The notes beneath the pieces were generated by a model. That model ran no database searches. It saw only the letters and a list, made by a program, of their open reading frames with translations, and was not told where the DNA came from. A DNA stretch of 27,115 nt from the NCBI GenBank assembly GCA_044356455.1, contig JBIKWF010000057.1, forward strand, positions 1 to 27,115. Direction: 5' to 3'. Numbering within the stretch: position 1 is the stretch's first letter; every line of letters starts with the position of its first letter. This DNA comes from Bdellovibrionota bacterium (GTDB lineage Bacteria > Bdellovibrionota_C > UBA2361 > JBGSMV01). This document shows, in pieces, positions 1-9,719 of this stretch. Made by a program: the position numbers and the translations under genes.

Positions 1-54
1 CACAAGGCGCGGCTATTCAAGAAGCATCCACTACCCACACCGGAGGAATTGTAA
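1..54 (+). CDS. possible 3' end of an upstream gene (partial, unidentified)
   Basis: Frame 1 is open from the window edge (HKARLFKKHPLPTPEEL) to TAA at 52-54, followed by hairpin ctcatgc-gaaa-gcatgag at ~80-97. Too short to identify. Confidence 0.3.
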   Translation, partial: HKARLFKKHPLPTPEEL

Positions 55-207
55 AAAGAACGCAGAAGCTGAACCTAGCCTCATGCGAAAGCATGAGTCA
101 ACCATTTGATTTGATTGTTATATTTTCAAGTCCTAACAGAATCCTAACATGTCAAATACATTAGGTAATCCCTTGCGAGGGAGTCTCCCCCAAGGTACCC
201 AAATAAG

Positions 208-1374
208 ATGACAGCCGTAACAACCAGTCCTATCCGTCCCGCGCTTGTTGACTACTCAGATGAGCTAAGGCCCCCGATGCTTTCTGACTACCTTCTTGCG
301 GCAGCGACGGTCGTACTTCTCGGGCTTGGCATGTTGATGGTGTATTCAACCACCGGAGTGGTTGCCTCTGAGCGATTTGGTGATTCTCTTTATTACGCCA
401 AGCGCCACGCAGCGGCAGCACTTCTTGGTCTTGTCCTGGCGTTCGTGGGAACAAGGCTTCCTCTTAAAGTCGTGAGGCAACTTTCGCCTTGGTGTCTACC
501 GCTTACTGTTATCTTACTCGCGCTCCCCATGATTCCTGGATTAGGAGACAACGCGGGCGGCGCGACGCGCTGGGTATCTTTGGGGGGAATGCGATTTCAA
601 CCAGGGGAGATTTCTAAATTGACCTTTGTACTTTTCATGGCGGGGTTTCTTTCACGCCACGAGCACAAGCTTCAATCCTTTAAGCAGGGCATTCTTATGC
701 CGCTGCTTTTGTTAGCTCCCGTAGCCGTTCTTTATCTAGTGAAACCAGACTTTGGAAGCACTGCGGTGCTTACGCTAGTCGTCGTCATCATGATTGCCTG
801 TACCGGAGCTCGTCTTTCTTACCTGGCAGGGATTGGGGTGCTCCTTGCCGGAGCCGCTGCCGCCCTAGTCATGACATCCCCCTATCGCATGAGCCGTATT
901 GTGAGTTTTCTCTCTCCCTTTGCCGATGCCCAGGGAAAGGGCTATCAGCTGATTCAGTCCCTCATTGCTATTGGTTCAGGAGAAGTAAATGGCGTTGGGA
1001 TTGGAGCGAGTCAGCAAAAGCTCTTCTTTCTTCCTGCCGCGCATACCGACTTTATCTTCGCCGTCATTTCAGAAGAGCTAGGGTTCGTGGGAGCTCTTTT
1101 TGTTATCGTGGTGTTCTCCGTGTTTCTGTGGCGCGGGTTAGTGATTGCGTCGCGCTGGGCTGAGGATACTTTTTGCTTTTCGCTTGCCTTGGGCCTTACC
1201 TTGCTCATCGTCCTTCCCGCGTTTCTGAATATGGGAGTCACGACAGGGCTCCTGCCGACGAAGGGGATGGTGCTCCCGCTTGTTGCCTATGGTGGTTCTA
1301 GTCTTCTTGCCTCATTATTTGGAGTAGGTTTGCTGCTAGGGTTGGCGCGGCACTTTCACCGTACGGTAAGATAG
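208..1374 (+). CDS. ftsW: cell division SEDS peptidoglycan polymerase FtsW
   Basis: Multi-TM 388 aa with SEDS motifs GATRW, FQPGEISK, PDFG, GYQLIQSLIAIGSG, FFLPAAHTDFIF, LPTKGMVLPLVAYGGSSL; directly upstream of murG. Confidence 0.95.
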   Translation: MTAVTTSPIRPALVDYSDELRPPMLSDYLLAAATVVLLGLGMLMVYSTTGVVASERFGDSLYYAKRHAAAALLGLVLAFVGTRLPLKVVRQLSPWCLPLTVILLALPMIPGLGDNAGGATRWVSLGGMRFQPGEISKLTFVLFMAGFLSRHEHKLQSFKQGILMPLLLLAPVAVLYLVKPDFGSTAVLTLVVVIMIACTGARLSYLAGIGVLLAGAAAALVMTSPYRMSRIVSFLSPFADAQGKGYQLIQSLIAIGSGEVNGVGIGASQQKLFFLPAAHTDFIFAVISEELGFVGALFVIVVFSVFLWRGLVIASRWAEDTFCFSLALGLTLLIVLPAFLNMGVTTGLLPTKGMVLPLVAYGGSSLLASLFGVGLLLGLARHFHRTVR

Positions 1375-1456
1375 GGGATGTGCTCTCGTCGCTTCGTCGC
1401 TAATGTGCCGAAGAAGCTCCCAAGATATCCCATTGATAGGGCACCGGAATGTTTTC

Positions 1457-1676
1457 ACCACAAAGGACGCAAGGGACACAAAGGAATACGTTGAAATTGC
1501 TAGGAGTCTGTCCCCTAGAAAATTATCGGCACTACAGGTAGTGGTGGCAACGGGACAGCCTACCTACGGATTGTGTCCGAAATGCAGATTTATGTTTTTA
1601 CGGGACACACTCCTAGTTTTAATTGAGCTTTCTTTGCGTCCTTAGCGTCCTTAGCGTCCTTAGCGTCCTTTGTGGT
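1457..1676. repeat. inverted pair of 9-bp-periodic repeats (REP/REPIN-like)
   Basis: accacaaaggacgcaagggacacaaag (1457-1483) is near-complementary to ctttgcgtcc(ttagcgtcc)x3-tttgtggt (1632-1676). Confidence 0.7.
1504..1612. mobile_element. putative MITE, ~109 bp, CTAG target duplication
   Basis: Imperfect terminal inverted repeats GAGTCTGTCCCCTAGAAAA / TTTTTACGGGACACACTC, flanked by CTAG at 1500-1503 and 1613-1616; no transposase. Confidence 0.6.
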
Positions 1677-1779
1677 CCAATAAAATCTTAGATAATTTTA
1701 GGGCTTTACGCCGAACGTTCTTGCTCCCTGTCCTATTGAAATTGATTCCTCCTTGGTCGTTCCCATGGATACTGCAAAA

Positions 1780-2850
1780 ATGAATCCAAGAATCCTCATT
1801 GCCGCAAGTGGCACGGGAGGGCACCTCATGCCTGCGCTGTACATTGCGCAGGCGATTCAAAAAAAATCGCCTCAGGCAGACATTGAATTTCTTGGCTCTG
1901 GGCGTCCTCTTGAAGAGACGGTGCTTGGTAAAGCCGGGTTCAAACGCTCCGTGGTTGATATTGTCGGGCTTAAGAAGCGGGGGCTCTCTGGGGCACTGCA
2001 ATTCTTAACGAAATTACCCGCGGCGGTTTTTAAGACAAAGTCTATTCTCGCGAGACATCGTCCGCACGTCGTAATAGGAGTAGGGGGCTACGTAACCTTT
2101 CTTCCCGTGGTGCTGGGATGGCTGAGCGGCGTTCCGGCCTGGATTCATGAAGCAGAGCGTAAGCCGGGAATGGCGAACCTAGTCCTTTCTTACTTCGCGA
2201 AAAAGATATCGGTAGCCTTTGAGGATTCAAGCATCCCTAATCGGCATAAAACTTTAGTGACCGGACAACCAGTACGACCAGAACTTATAGCTCTAGGGGC
2301 AGAGCCCCACGAAATCTCTATTCGTCCACGGCTTCTTGTTATGGGAGGTTCTCAAGGAGCGCGTGCTATCGATGAGGCTCTTGGGGCCATGGCAGATTGG
2401 CTTAAAGAGCGTGGAATAGAAGTCTGGCATCAATGCCGCCCTGAAAATGAGGTTCCCGTGCGAGAGGCCTATGCCAAAGCAGGAGTCTCGGCCCAAGTCG
2501 CTTCCTTTATCGAGAATGTTGAGCCAGCCTATCGCTGGTGCGATATCGTGCTCGCGCGCTCAGGCGCGGGCACGGTGATGGAAATTGGAGTAGTGAATCG
2601 CCCCGCAATTTTAGTTCCGTATCCACACGCCCAGGCGAATCACCAGCTCACCAATGCCAAGACTCTTTCCTCGAAGGGAAAGGCTATTGTTATTGAGGAG
2701 GGACAGGATTTTTCTCAGCGGCTACAAAAAGCGCTCTCTGAGTTGCTCAATCCTGAGCGCTATCAGGCGATGCGAGGTCTTCCGCTTGTCGGAAGAAAAG
2801 TTTCCGCCGCAGAAGCAATCGCCGAGGGAGTGCTCGCGCTGATTAGGTAG
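1780..2850 (+). CDS. murG: undecaprenyl-PP-MurNAc-pentapeptide GlcNAc transferase MurG
   Basis: Motifs SGTGGH, GVGGYV, HEAE..PG.AN, G.PVR, MGGSQGA, RSGAGTV.E, PYPHA..HQ..NA. Start ATG 1780 (alternative 1765). Confidence 0.95.
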   Translation: MNPRILIAASGTGGHLMPALYIAQAIQKKSPQADIEFLGSGRPLEETVLGKAGFKRSVVDIVGLKKRGLSGALQFLTKLPAAVFKTKSILARHRPHVVIGVGGYVTFLPVVLGWLSGVPAWIHEAERKPGMANLVLSYFAKKISVAFEDSSIPNRHKTLVTGQPVRPELIALGAEPHEISIRPRLLVMGGSQGARAIDEALGAMADWLKERGIEVWHQCRPENEVPVREAYAKAGVSAQVASFIENVEPAYRWCDIVLARSGAGTVMEIGVVNRPAILVPYPHAQANHQLTNAKTLSSKGKAIVIEEGQDFSQRLQKALSELLNPERYQAMRGLPLVGRKVSAAEAIAEGVLALIR

Positions 2851-3057
2851 GGCGCGCCGAATCATTTGCCGCGGGCCTCCGCAATCAATTGCGAATGTGC
2901 AATCGGCGCGGTGGACACATACCTGCCACGTGCCTGGACGGGAGATCTTGCGGCACCGCGGGGACGCGGCGCCCTACCAAGGCATCTGTCCTTCGTTCGA
3001 CCATGCGTTCAGAGCTCTCTTCCCATGAAGGTAGGGCGCCCTGTCCTCAGGGCGCCG
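2846..3057. repeat. cluster of GTAG-family REP elements between convergent murG and trkH
   Basis: ggtagggcgcgccg (2846), inverted cggcaccgcggggacgcggcgccctacc (2951-2978), ggtagggcgccctgtcctcagggcgccg (3030-3057). Confidence 0.75.
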
Positions 3058-3096
3058 CAAGATCTTGCAATCCAGCACACGCGTGGCTTAATGAAA

Positions 3097-4542
3097 TCAC
3101 CGCCGCCAATAGGTCGGCGTAAATAGAACCAGGACCGTAAAGAATTCAAGGCGTCCGAGCAGCATGCAACCTATCAGCGTTATCTTTGAAGTGACAGATA
3201 AGTCCGCATAGTTCGCAGTAGGCCCCAAATCTCCAAGCCCAGGTCCAATATTCGATAGAGCAGAGAACGTTCCTGTTGTTGCAGTCACAAGATCGAGTCC
3301 CTCTCCGGTAAGGATTAGCGCTGAAATCGTGAATACCAGCAGGTACAAAAAGATAAGGCCCCATATCGCATCAATCACCGACTCAGGAATGATGTGGTTA
3401 TTCGCCTTAATAGGAATTACCGCCTTGGGATGGACTACCTGTTTAAGCTGACGGTGAAGCTGCTTAAAGGCCGCGACAATTCGGATGCACTTTATGCCTC
3501 CCGCCGTTGAACCGGACATTCCGCCCATCACCATAAGCAAGACAATCACGACATGGGTAATTGAAGGCCACGGGACAAAATCGTGATTGGTGAAGCCCGT
3601 TGAGGAGGCCACTGATGTTACGGTGAAAAATGCGTACCTTACCGCGTCCATGCTCGACTCGTAGACTGTGCCATGTGTTGCGGCGGCAATGATGAGAGTT
3701 GAGGCGCCAAGCAGCGTTAAGAACCACCTGAGCTCAGTATCAAGAAGCGCGCGCATATCTTTGAGTACGAGAACCCTGTAGTGAAGCCCAAAGTTCACTG
3801 CGCCTATCACCATGAAGATAGCGATAAGATAGTCAATTGCAGCGCTTTGGTAGTGCGCGATGCCGCTATTCTTAATCGAAAAGCCACCGGTCGCCAGAGT
3901 CGCAAAGGCGTGGTTAGCCGCATCAAAAAGAGGCATGCCGGCCTGGTAAAGACAGAGGATGAGTGCCGCAGTAAGGGCGACATAGAGAATCCACAATTTT
4001 CTCGCCGTTTCTGTCACCCGCGGGGTTAATCTATCTTTTTGTGGACCCGCAACTTCGGCTTTAAAAAGCTGAACGCTCCCAAGTCCAAGCGCGGGAAGGA
4101 GGGCCACAAAGAATACGATAATTCCCATGCCGCCCACCCATTGGGAAAGTGAGCGCCAAAGGAGAAGCCCGCGATCTACCGTCTCAACGTCTCTAATCAC
4201 CGAAGCTCCCGTGCCTGTAAAGCCTGAAATGGATTCAAACAGCGCGTCGGTGAAAGAAGGCAGCGTTCCGCTAAAGTAAAAGGGCAGGGCGCCCACAACG
4301 CCGGCAAGTACCCAGGCCAAGGTTACCAGAGCAAGAGACGTGCGGGCGTCAAGCTCCGTGCGATATCCTTTCTGCGAAAGAAGCATGAGAGCGCCCAGGA
4401 TTAGGCTCATGCAACTTATGGCCAGAAACATATCTGAGTAGGAATCTCCATCCAAATAAGAGAAGGCAGTGGGGGCGAGTAGCACAAGACCGAGGAGTGC
4501 GCATTGCCCGCCAAGAATTTTTATGAGGGCTCGAACATTCAT
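3097..4542 (-). CDS. trkH: Trk potassium uptake membrane protein TrkH
   Basis: Motifs FESISGFTGTG, WRSLSQWVGGMGIIV, TLATGGFS, SSTGF, GSTAGGIK, SNIGPG, MLLGRLE. Confidence 0.95.
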   Translation of the reverse strand: MNVRALIKILGGQCALLGLVLLAPTAFSYLDGDSYSDMFLAISCMSLILGALMLLSQKGYRTELDARTSLALVTLAWVLAGVVGALPFYFSGTLPSFTDALFESISGFTGTGASVIRDVETVDRGLLLWRSLSQWVGGMGIIVFFVALLPALGLGSVQLFKAEVAGPQKDRLTPRVTETARKLWILYVALTAALILCLYQAGMPLFDAANHAFATLATGGFSIKNSGIAHYQSAAIDYLIAIFMVIGAVNFGLHYRVLVLKDMRALLDTELRWFLTLLGASTLIIAAATHGTVYESSMDAVRYAFFTVTSVASSTGFTNHDFVPWPSITHVVIVLLMVMGGMSGSTAGGIKCIRIVAAFKQLHRQLKQVVHPKAVIPIKANNHIIPESVIDAIWGLIFLYLLVFTISALILTGEGLDLVTATTGTFSALSNIGPGLGDLGPTANYADLSVTSKITLIGCMLLGRLEFFTVLVLFTPTYWRR

Positions 4543-5906
4543 CAGAATGACTCAATCGCAAGATCGAGAAGCTTCTCGAGTTTTTTAATGGAAGACTTAA
4601 GCACAAAGAAGACAACACGGTCTCCTTCCATGAACCTTATTTCAGGGCTCACAGGAAGAGCTCCGCCTTCACGCAGCACTGCCCCCACGTGCACTCCATA
4701 AGGCAGGTCTATTTCGCTGAGCAGTTTTCCCGCAATTGGTCTATCTGCCGAGACGTCTATTTCTACAAATCCGCCTCCATCGCTCTGAACCGCAATCTCG
4801 GTCAGCATCGATCGCGAGTGGATATGCCGAAATATCGCAGAGGCTGCGGCAAGTCGTGAGCTCACTACGACGTCAACGCCCACCGCGCTAACAAGTGGCA
4901 GGTAGGTAGATTTGCTTACCAACGCTACTGCGCTCTTCGCGCCAAGTTTTTTTGCTAAGAGTGCTCCCAGTACGTTGTTCTCTTCGTCCTCTGTTGCCGC
5001 AATAAAGGCATCCGTTTCGTCCACGTTCTCTTCAACAAGTAAATTCTGATCGGTGCCTTCGCCCCCAAGCACGAGCGCATGTTTGAGCTGGTCTGCCATG
5101 GCATACTGCTCTTCTTCGTCGCTCAAGATTAGTTTGACGCGAATGCCCTCTTCATCCAAGCGCAGCGCGAGAGAGCGTGCGAGGAAGCTCCCGCCCCAAA
5201 TCATAGCCGTTTGAGAGTCCCGAAGTTCTCTGCCTGCAACTTTAAAGGCTTTCTTGGTAAGTTCAGGGACTGTCACGACATAAATGACATCGCTGACCCG
5301 CAGCTTTTCGGAAGTTTTAGGACAGAAGATTTTATTGCCTCGTAAAACGGCAACTACTCTAAGCGCCATCTCGGCGTACGATTCATGGAGTTCGGCTACT
5401 GTAAGCTGCAGGGCAGGGGAGTTGGGAGTGAGGCTAAGTCCGAGCACGCGTACCTTTCCCCCGGCAAGATCGATGAATTCTCTCGCTCCCGGCATCTTGA
5501 AAAGTTTTAGTAAGTACTCGGCTCCCGCCTCTTCGGGATTGATAATCAGGTCGAAGTATTCGCTCAGGAGCTCAGGGGCCACCAAGCGATGGGTCAGTTC
5601 AAGGTCGCGGATGCGGGCGATGCGCTTAGGACTGGGATTAAGCAGCCGCGAGACGAAGCACGCAGCGATATTTACTTCATCGCTGTCCGTCACGGCGATG
5701 ACAAAATCCGCCGATTCTATGCCAGCAGCGGAAAGCGTCTCGGGGGAACAACCGTTCCCGAGGACTATCTTTAGGTCTAACCCGGCAAGCTCGGAATCGT
5801 TAATGTCCGAGTCGCGGTCTACGACAACCACATTATGGTGGTGGGCCGCAAGTTTGCGGCAAAGACTCTTCCCAACGTCCCCAGCCCCAATAATCAGAAA
5901 ATTCAT
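4542..5906 (-). CDS. trkA: Trk potassium uptake regulatory subunit TrkA
   Basis: N-terminal IIGAGDVG, two RCK N/C repeats, VTDSDEVN and TEDEENN motifs; overlaps the trkH start. Confidence 0.92.
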   Translation of the reverse strand: MNFLIIGAGDVGKSLCRKLAAHHHNVVVVDRDSDINDSELAGLDLKIVLGNGCSPETLSAAGIESADFVIAVTDSDEVNIAACFVSRLLNPSPKRIARIRDLELTHRLVAPELLSEYFDLIINPEEAGAEYLLKLFKMPGAREFIDLAGGKVRVLGLSLTPNSPALQLTVAELHESYAEMALRVVAVLRGNKIFCPKTSEKLRVSDVIYVVTVPELTKKAFKVAGRELRDSQTAMIWGGSFLARSLALRLDEEGIRVKLILSDEEEQYAMADQLKHALVLGGEGTDQNLLVEENVDETDAFIAATEDEENNVLGALLAKKLGAKSAVALVSKSTYLPLVSAVGVDVVVSSRLAAASAIFRHIHSRSMLTEIAVQSDGGGFVEIDVSADRPIAGKLLSEIDLPYGVHVGAVLREGGALPVSPEIRFMEGDRVVFFVLKSSIKKLEKLLDLAIESF

Positions 5907-6090
5907 CGTAAAACGCCTCGGAAAGACACTTCGATTGACCCGCTTACACAGGAATACTCATTGGATGCGGGAGGGGCCATCCAAGTGTTGGAAATCTCGA
6001 AGATTTTATAGTAATAAAGGGGGCTTAAATGGGTCAAGCCATCGTTTGATAGCCCAAATCCCATATAACTAACCTTAAGGGAGAATAGTA

Positions 6091-7950
6091 ATGAGCGCTC
6101 AGCAGCCTGGATCGCAGACTTCTGCGTCCCAAGAGCAATCCCGGGTCCCCCAAGGACCTAAGCAGTATCTTCAGAGTACGTATCGTACTCACACCTGCGC
6201 TGAGCTCTCGAATGATAACGTAGGTAACGACGTTGCCCTTTCGGGTTGGGTAATGCGTAAGCGTGATCACGGCGGCGTGGTCTTTGTTGATTTGCGCGAC
6301 CACTATGGAGTCACCCAAGTGGTGTTCTCAGGCGCCCTCGGCGAAGAGATGCAAAAGATTCGCCAGGAATCCGTGATTGCGATTCGAGGCAAAGTGACTG
6401 CGCGAGGTCCCGGACTCGAGAACCCCAAAATTCCCACAGGGCAAATTGAGGTCGTTGCCTCTCAGCTCAAACTACTCTCACAATGCGAGACGATTCCGTT
6501 TCAAATTGCAGAAGATGACAATGCGCCAGAGCCCGTGCGGCTCAAGCATCGTTTCCTTGAGCTGCGCCGGGAGAAGCTCCACCGCAATATTATCATGCGT
6601 AACCGTGTGATTAAGACTGCGCGCGAAATCATGCATGAACTTGGCTTTGCTGAGTTTCATACCCCCATTCTCACGAGCAGTTCACCGGAAGGAGCACGAG
6701 ACTTTGTGGTTCCCTCCCGGCTTCACCCCGGGAAGTTCTACGCACTGCCTCAAGCCCCCCAGCAGTTTAAGCAACTTCTAATGATCGCAGGATTTGATCG
6801 CTATTTCCAAATAGCGCCCTGCTTCCGTGATGAAGATGCGCGTGCCGATCGCTCACCAGGCGAGTTCTATCAAATCGATATGGAGCTCTCTTTTGTTGAG
6901 CAGGAGGACATTCTGCGCGTCAATGAAAAGCTTATGTATGAGCTCTTTAAGAGATGCTCGTCCTATAAGATCGATGAACCGCCGTTTCCGCGCTTTAGCT
7001 ACCACGATGCGATGCAGCAGTTTGGTTCGGATAAACCGGACCTCAGGAACAGCCTTCGCATCAGTGACGTCTCGAAGGTCTTCTCTGACTCGCAGTTTAG
7101 GGTCTTCCAAGAAGCGCTTAACTCGAAGGGCAGTATCCGCGCCATCGGTGTGCCGGTAGAGGCGCTTCCCTCTAGGAAGTACTTCGATGATACCGTGGAT
7201 TTCTTCTCAAAGCTCGATAGAGAGGAGCCAAGCCTTGGACTCGCTTATCTTTCCTTTGAAGGAGAAGCTTACAAGGGAACGGTGGCAAAGTTCGTTTCCG
7301 CGGATGAAGCGAAAGCCCTTAAAGCTGTGCTTAATCTCCCGGAAAAAGCGGTGGTGTTTCTTGCGGCTGGTCGAACCAATCGGATTCTTCCCGCCATGGG
7401 TAAGCTTCGCACCAAGCTTGGCGCCGAACTTACCAAGCTTGAAGAGAAGGTTTGGCGCTTTTGTTGGATCACCGATTTCCCGTTCTATGAAAAGAACGAA
7501 GAAACCGGCGGAGTTGACTTCAGCCACAACCCGTTCAGTATGCCACAGGGCGGACTTGATTCATTGATGAATAAGCCACCGCTTGAGATCTTGGCACATC
7601 AATACGATTTTGTGTGTCATGGATATGAGCTTGCATCAGGCGGAGTGAGAAATCATACGCCCGAAGTCATGTACAAGGCCTTCGAGATAACGGGCTACTC
7701 CCGTGAAGATGTCGACAATAAGTTTGGCGGCATGATTCGAGCCTTTACCTACGGAGCGCCCCCTCACGGCGGCATCGCTCATGGTATCGAGCGCATCGTG
7801 ATGCTGCTTGCAGGCGAGGAAGCAATTCGAGAAGTAATCGCGTTTCCGCTGGCCCAAAATGGAGAGGATCTTCTTATGGGAGCTCCTTCAACCATTAGTG
7901 AGAAGCAGCTTCGCGAGGCGCATATCCAGCTTCGGCCGCCGCCTAAGTAA
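6091..7950 (+). CDS. aspS: aspartate-tRNA ligase, probably non-discriminating (Asp/Asn)
   Basis: Motifs RTHTC, RDHGGVVFVDLRD, PEGARDF, YALPQAPQQFKQLLM, CFRDED.R.DR, GSDKPDLR, GAPPHGG. The His in RDHGG is typical of ND-AspRS. Confidence 0.97.
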   Translation: MSAQQPGSQTSASQEQSRVPQGPKQYLQSTYRTHTCAELSNDNVGNDVALSGWVMRKRDHGGVVFVDLRDHYGVTQVVFSGALGEEMQKIRQESVIAIRGKVTARGPGLENPKIPTGQIEVVASQLKLLSQCETIPFQIAEDDNAPEPVRLKHRFLELRREKLHRNIIMRNRVIKTAREIMHELGFAEFHTPILTSSSPEGARDFVVPSRLHPGKFYALPQAPQQFKQLLMIAGFDRYFQIAPCFRDEDARADRSPGEFYQIDMELSFVEQEDILRVNEKLMYELFKRCSSYKIDEPPFPRFSYHDAMQQFGSDKPDLRNSLRISDVSKVFSDSQFRVFQEALNSKGSIRAIGVPVEALPSRKYFDDTVDFFSKLDREEPSLGLAYLSFEGEAYKGTVAKFVSADEAKALKAVLNLPEKAVVFLAAGRTNRILPAMGKLRTKLGAELTKLEEKVWRFCWITDFPFYEKNEETGGVDFSHNPFSMPQGGLDSLMNKPPLEILAHQYDFVCHGYELASGGVRNHTPEVMYKAFEITGYSREDVDNKFGGMIRAFTYGAPPHGGIAHGIERIVMLLAGEEAIREVIAFPLAQNGEDLLMGAPSTISEKQLREAHIQLRPPPK

Positions 7951-7988
7951 TCGCCGCCTCGGGGAGCTCTTAGTGGATTATAAAAATA

Positions 7989-8162
7989 ACCACTAAGAAC
8001 ACAGAGACCACGAAGGGGAAGGGTGATTTTCCAAGCTTTCGGGTCTTTCAGAGATTCCCTTGGTGACGGACTCGTTCTTCGCGCAGTTCGTTCCTCGTCT
8101 TTTGGCGAAGAACGAACTGCGCCGCAGATGTCTATGGTAGGGCGCGCCGTCCCGGCGTGCCG
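7989..8162. repeat. repeat cluster downstream of aspS (9-mer inverted pair, long hairpin, GTAG REP)
   Basis: accactaagaacacagagaccacgaaggg (7989-8017) with an inverted partner at ~8036-8065; hairpin gcgcagttcgttcctcgtc-tttt-ggcgaagaacgaactgcgc (~8080-8121); REP ggtagggcgcgccgtcccggcgtgccg (8136-8162). Confidence 0.6.
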
Positions 8163-8196
8163 CACGATCTCTCGGCACCGTAAGGGGCTTGGCTCC

Positions 8197-8629
8197 CTAG
8201 AGATGCGGAACACCAGCTCCGCCCATTCTCAGTCTCTGCTCCGCCGGCTTCTCTTCGCCCCCGCCGCCCGTATCCTGACATACGCGCGCAGAGTCGAGAG
8301 CTGTTTTGACTTGCTTCATAAACTGCGGGAATAAAATCTTGCTTGCCCCCGTATTTACGTCTCGCTTGATTGCCTGAATACAGCGGCGGCACACGGCTTC
8401 CGCCTTTCGCGTCTCGCCATCTGGTTTGTAAGCACATCTCGCTTTAATCTTGTCGACAATATCGTCAATCCTTACGAGACGAGGCGAGCAATCAGAGACA
8501 CCGACACACGTCAGTACCGAATCACTAATACATGTTTCGATTGAGTTAAGTTCTTCCTCAGACTACGTTCTCCATCAAGCAAATGCAGTCATCGGCCGTC
8601 GCTTTTTCGCCTATAATGTTTGCCGCCAT
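8197..8629 (-). pseudogene. possible frameshifted Cys-rich hypothetical gene
   Basis: Stop-free frame 8562 to 8197 lacks an ATG near its 5' end. An ATG at 8629 in the adjacent frame stops at 8558-8560; a 1-nt shift would join them. Confidence 0.3.
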
Positions 8630-8733
8630 TTCAGGAGTGCGCCTAGGGTCCCCTTGTTTCGTGGAGTTAACTAAGCAATTAATAAATTCCGAATTTTGCC
8701 CAGGAAGTCGCTTAAAATCTCTCATTCCTGAGA

Positions 8734-8816
8734 CACCTCTGTGTACCTCTGAGTCCTCTGTGGTGAATTTCTTCATGAAAACTTCACCACGGAGGACTCA
8801 GAGGTACACAGAGGTG
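8734..8816. repeat. 34-bp-arm inverted repeat of 9-bp-periodic units
   Basis: cacctctgtgtacctctgagtcctctgtggtgaa (8734-8767) vs ttcaccacggaggactcagaggtacacagaggtg (8783-8816), one mismatch. Confidence 0.85.
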
Positions 8817-8979
8817 AGTTTTTCAGAGGTTCCCTTGGAAGCCTTGGTGAGAGCCCCCTGAAGAGCTCCGCTCTTAGCTTTTTACCTGCAAAGGCAACAA
8901 AATAGGCAAAGTAGCATTTGTTTAGGCCACTATTTGAGTAACTATGGCAGCCTCAGGAGTTATCGAAAGGGATGCCCCT

Positions 8980-9192
8980 ATGACAGATACCGAACTTCTC
9001 TCCCGCATGGAGGCGCTAGAAATGAAATACGCCTATCAAGAGAGACTTATTGAAGAACTTAACGCCTTGGTCACTGACCATCAGAAAACCATCGATGCGA
9101 TGAGTATTAAAATTAGAGACGCTTTCCAGCAGCTCGCTGAGAACCGCGACAGGACCGAGAAGCCACCGCACGAGAGACCGCCGCACTACTAA
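8980..9192 (+). CDS. slyX: SlyX family protein
   Basis: R...LE.K.AYQE..IEELN..V coiled coil and C-terminal E.PPHY signature; alternative start 8944. Confidence 0.9.
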   Translation: MTDTELLSRMEALEMKYAYQERLIEELNALVTDHQKTIDAMSIKIRDAFQQLAENRDRTEKPPHERPPHY

Positions 9193-9213
9193 TATCCCCA
9201 GACGCGATGAGAG

Positions 9214-9241
9214 GGTAGGGCGCCCTGTCCTCAGGGCGCCG
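9214..9241 (+). repeat. GTAG-family REP identical to the copy at 3030-3057
   Basis: ggtagggcgccctgtcctcagggcgccg, 28/28 identical; overlaps the DoxX stop codon. Confidence 0.85.
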
Positions 9242-9719
9242 TAACACCATCCACAGAAGTTTTGCAGCGCTTCGCAATTAGCGCATCAACGGAATACCGT
9301 CCCGCACCAAACAAAAACACGAGTACAGCAGCCAGCAAGAATAAAAAGGGCGGTGCCTCAAGAAAGCCATCCGGATTAGAGAAAATTCCCAAAAGCTCTT
9401 CGCGATGCGCCGTCGCGTAGGCAACCACCATAGTTCCGATGAGCGGTATTGGAACTATCTTCGAGCCGGCCCCCAAGGCAAGAAGTAGTCCCCCAACAAG
9501 CTCGGTACCGGCTGCCATCACCGCTTGTTGCTTCGCCATGGGAATGCCAAGTGAGGTGAAGAACTCAACGGTTCGGTCGAAATTGATGAACTTCCCCCTA
9601 CCGGTAAGAAAGAATCCAATTCCCCATTGCAAGCGTATGATGAGTAAAAGGACATCTCGCGCGTGTGGAGCCAAACGATCATGCAGACTCGCGTATGTGT
9701 GGTATATCTTCTTAATCAT
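9231..9719 (-). CDS. DoxX family membrane protein
   Basis: LL.IRL..G.GFF.TG.GK, F.SLGIP, ELVGG.LL.LG, M.VAY.TAH, GAGRYSVD. Confidence 0.9.
   Translation of the reverse strand: MIKKIYHTYASLHDRLAPHARDVLLLIIRLQWGIGFFLTGRGKFINFDRTVEFFTSLGIPMAKQQAVMAAGTELVGGLLLALGAGSKIVPIPLIGTMVVAYATAHREELLGIFSNPDGFLEAPPFLFLLAAVLVFLFGAGRYSVDALIAKRCKTSVDGVTAP

Noticed and set aside
1632..1676. Tandem 9-mers as a possible CRISPR array
   Set aside because: No spacers, unit too short, no cas genes.
5284..6072. 262-aa plus-strand ORF
   Set aside because: Antisense shadow of trkA; Ser-rich with no motifs.
8558..8861. ORFs MKKFTTEDSEVHRG... and their opposite-strand mates
   Set aside because: Largely translations of the 9-bp-periodic inverted repeat.
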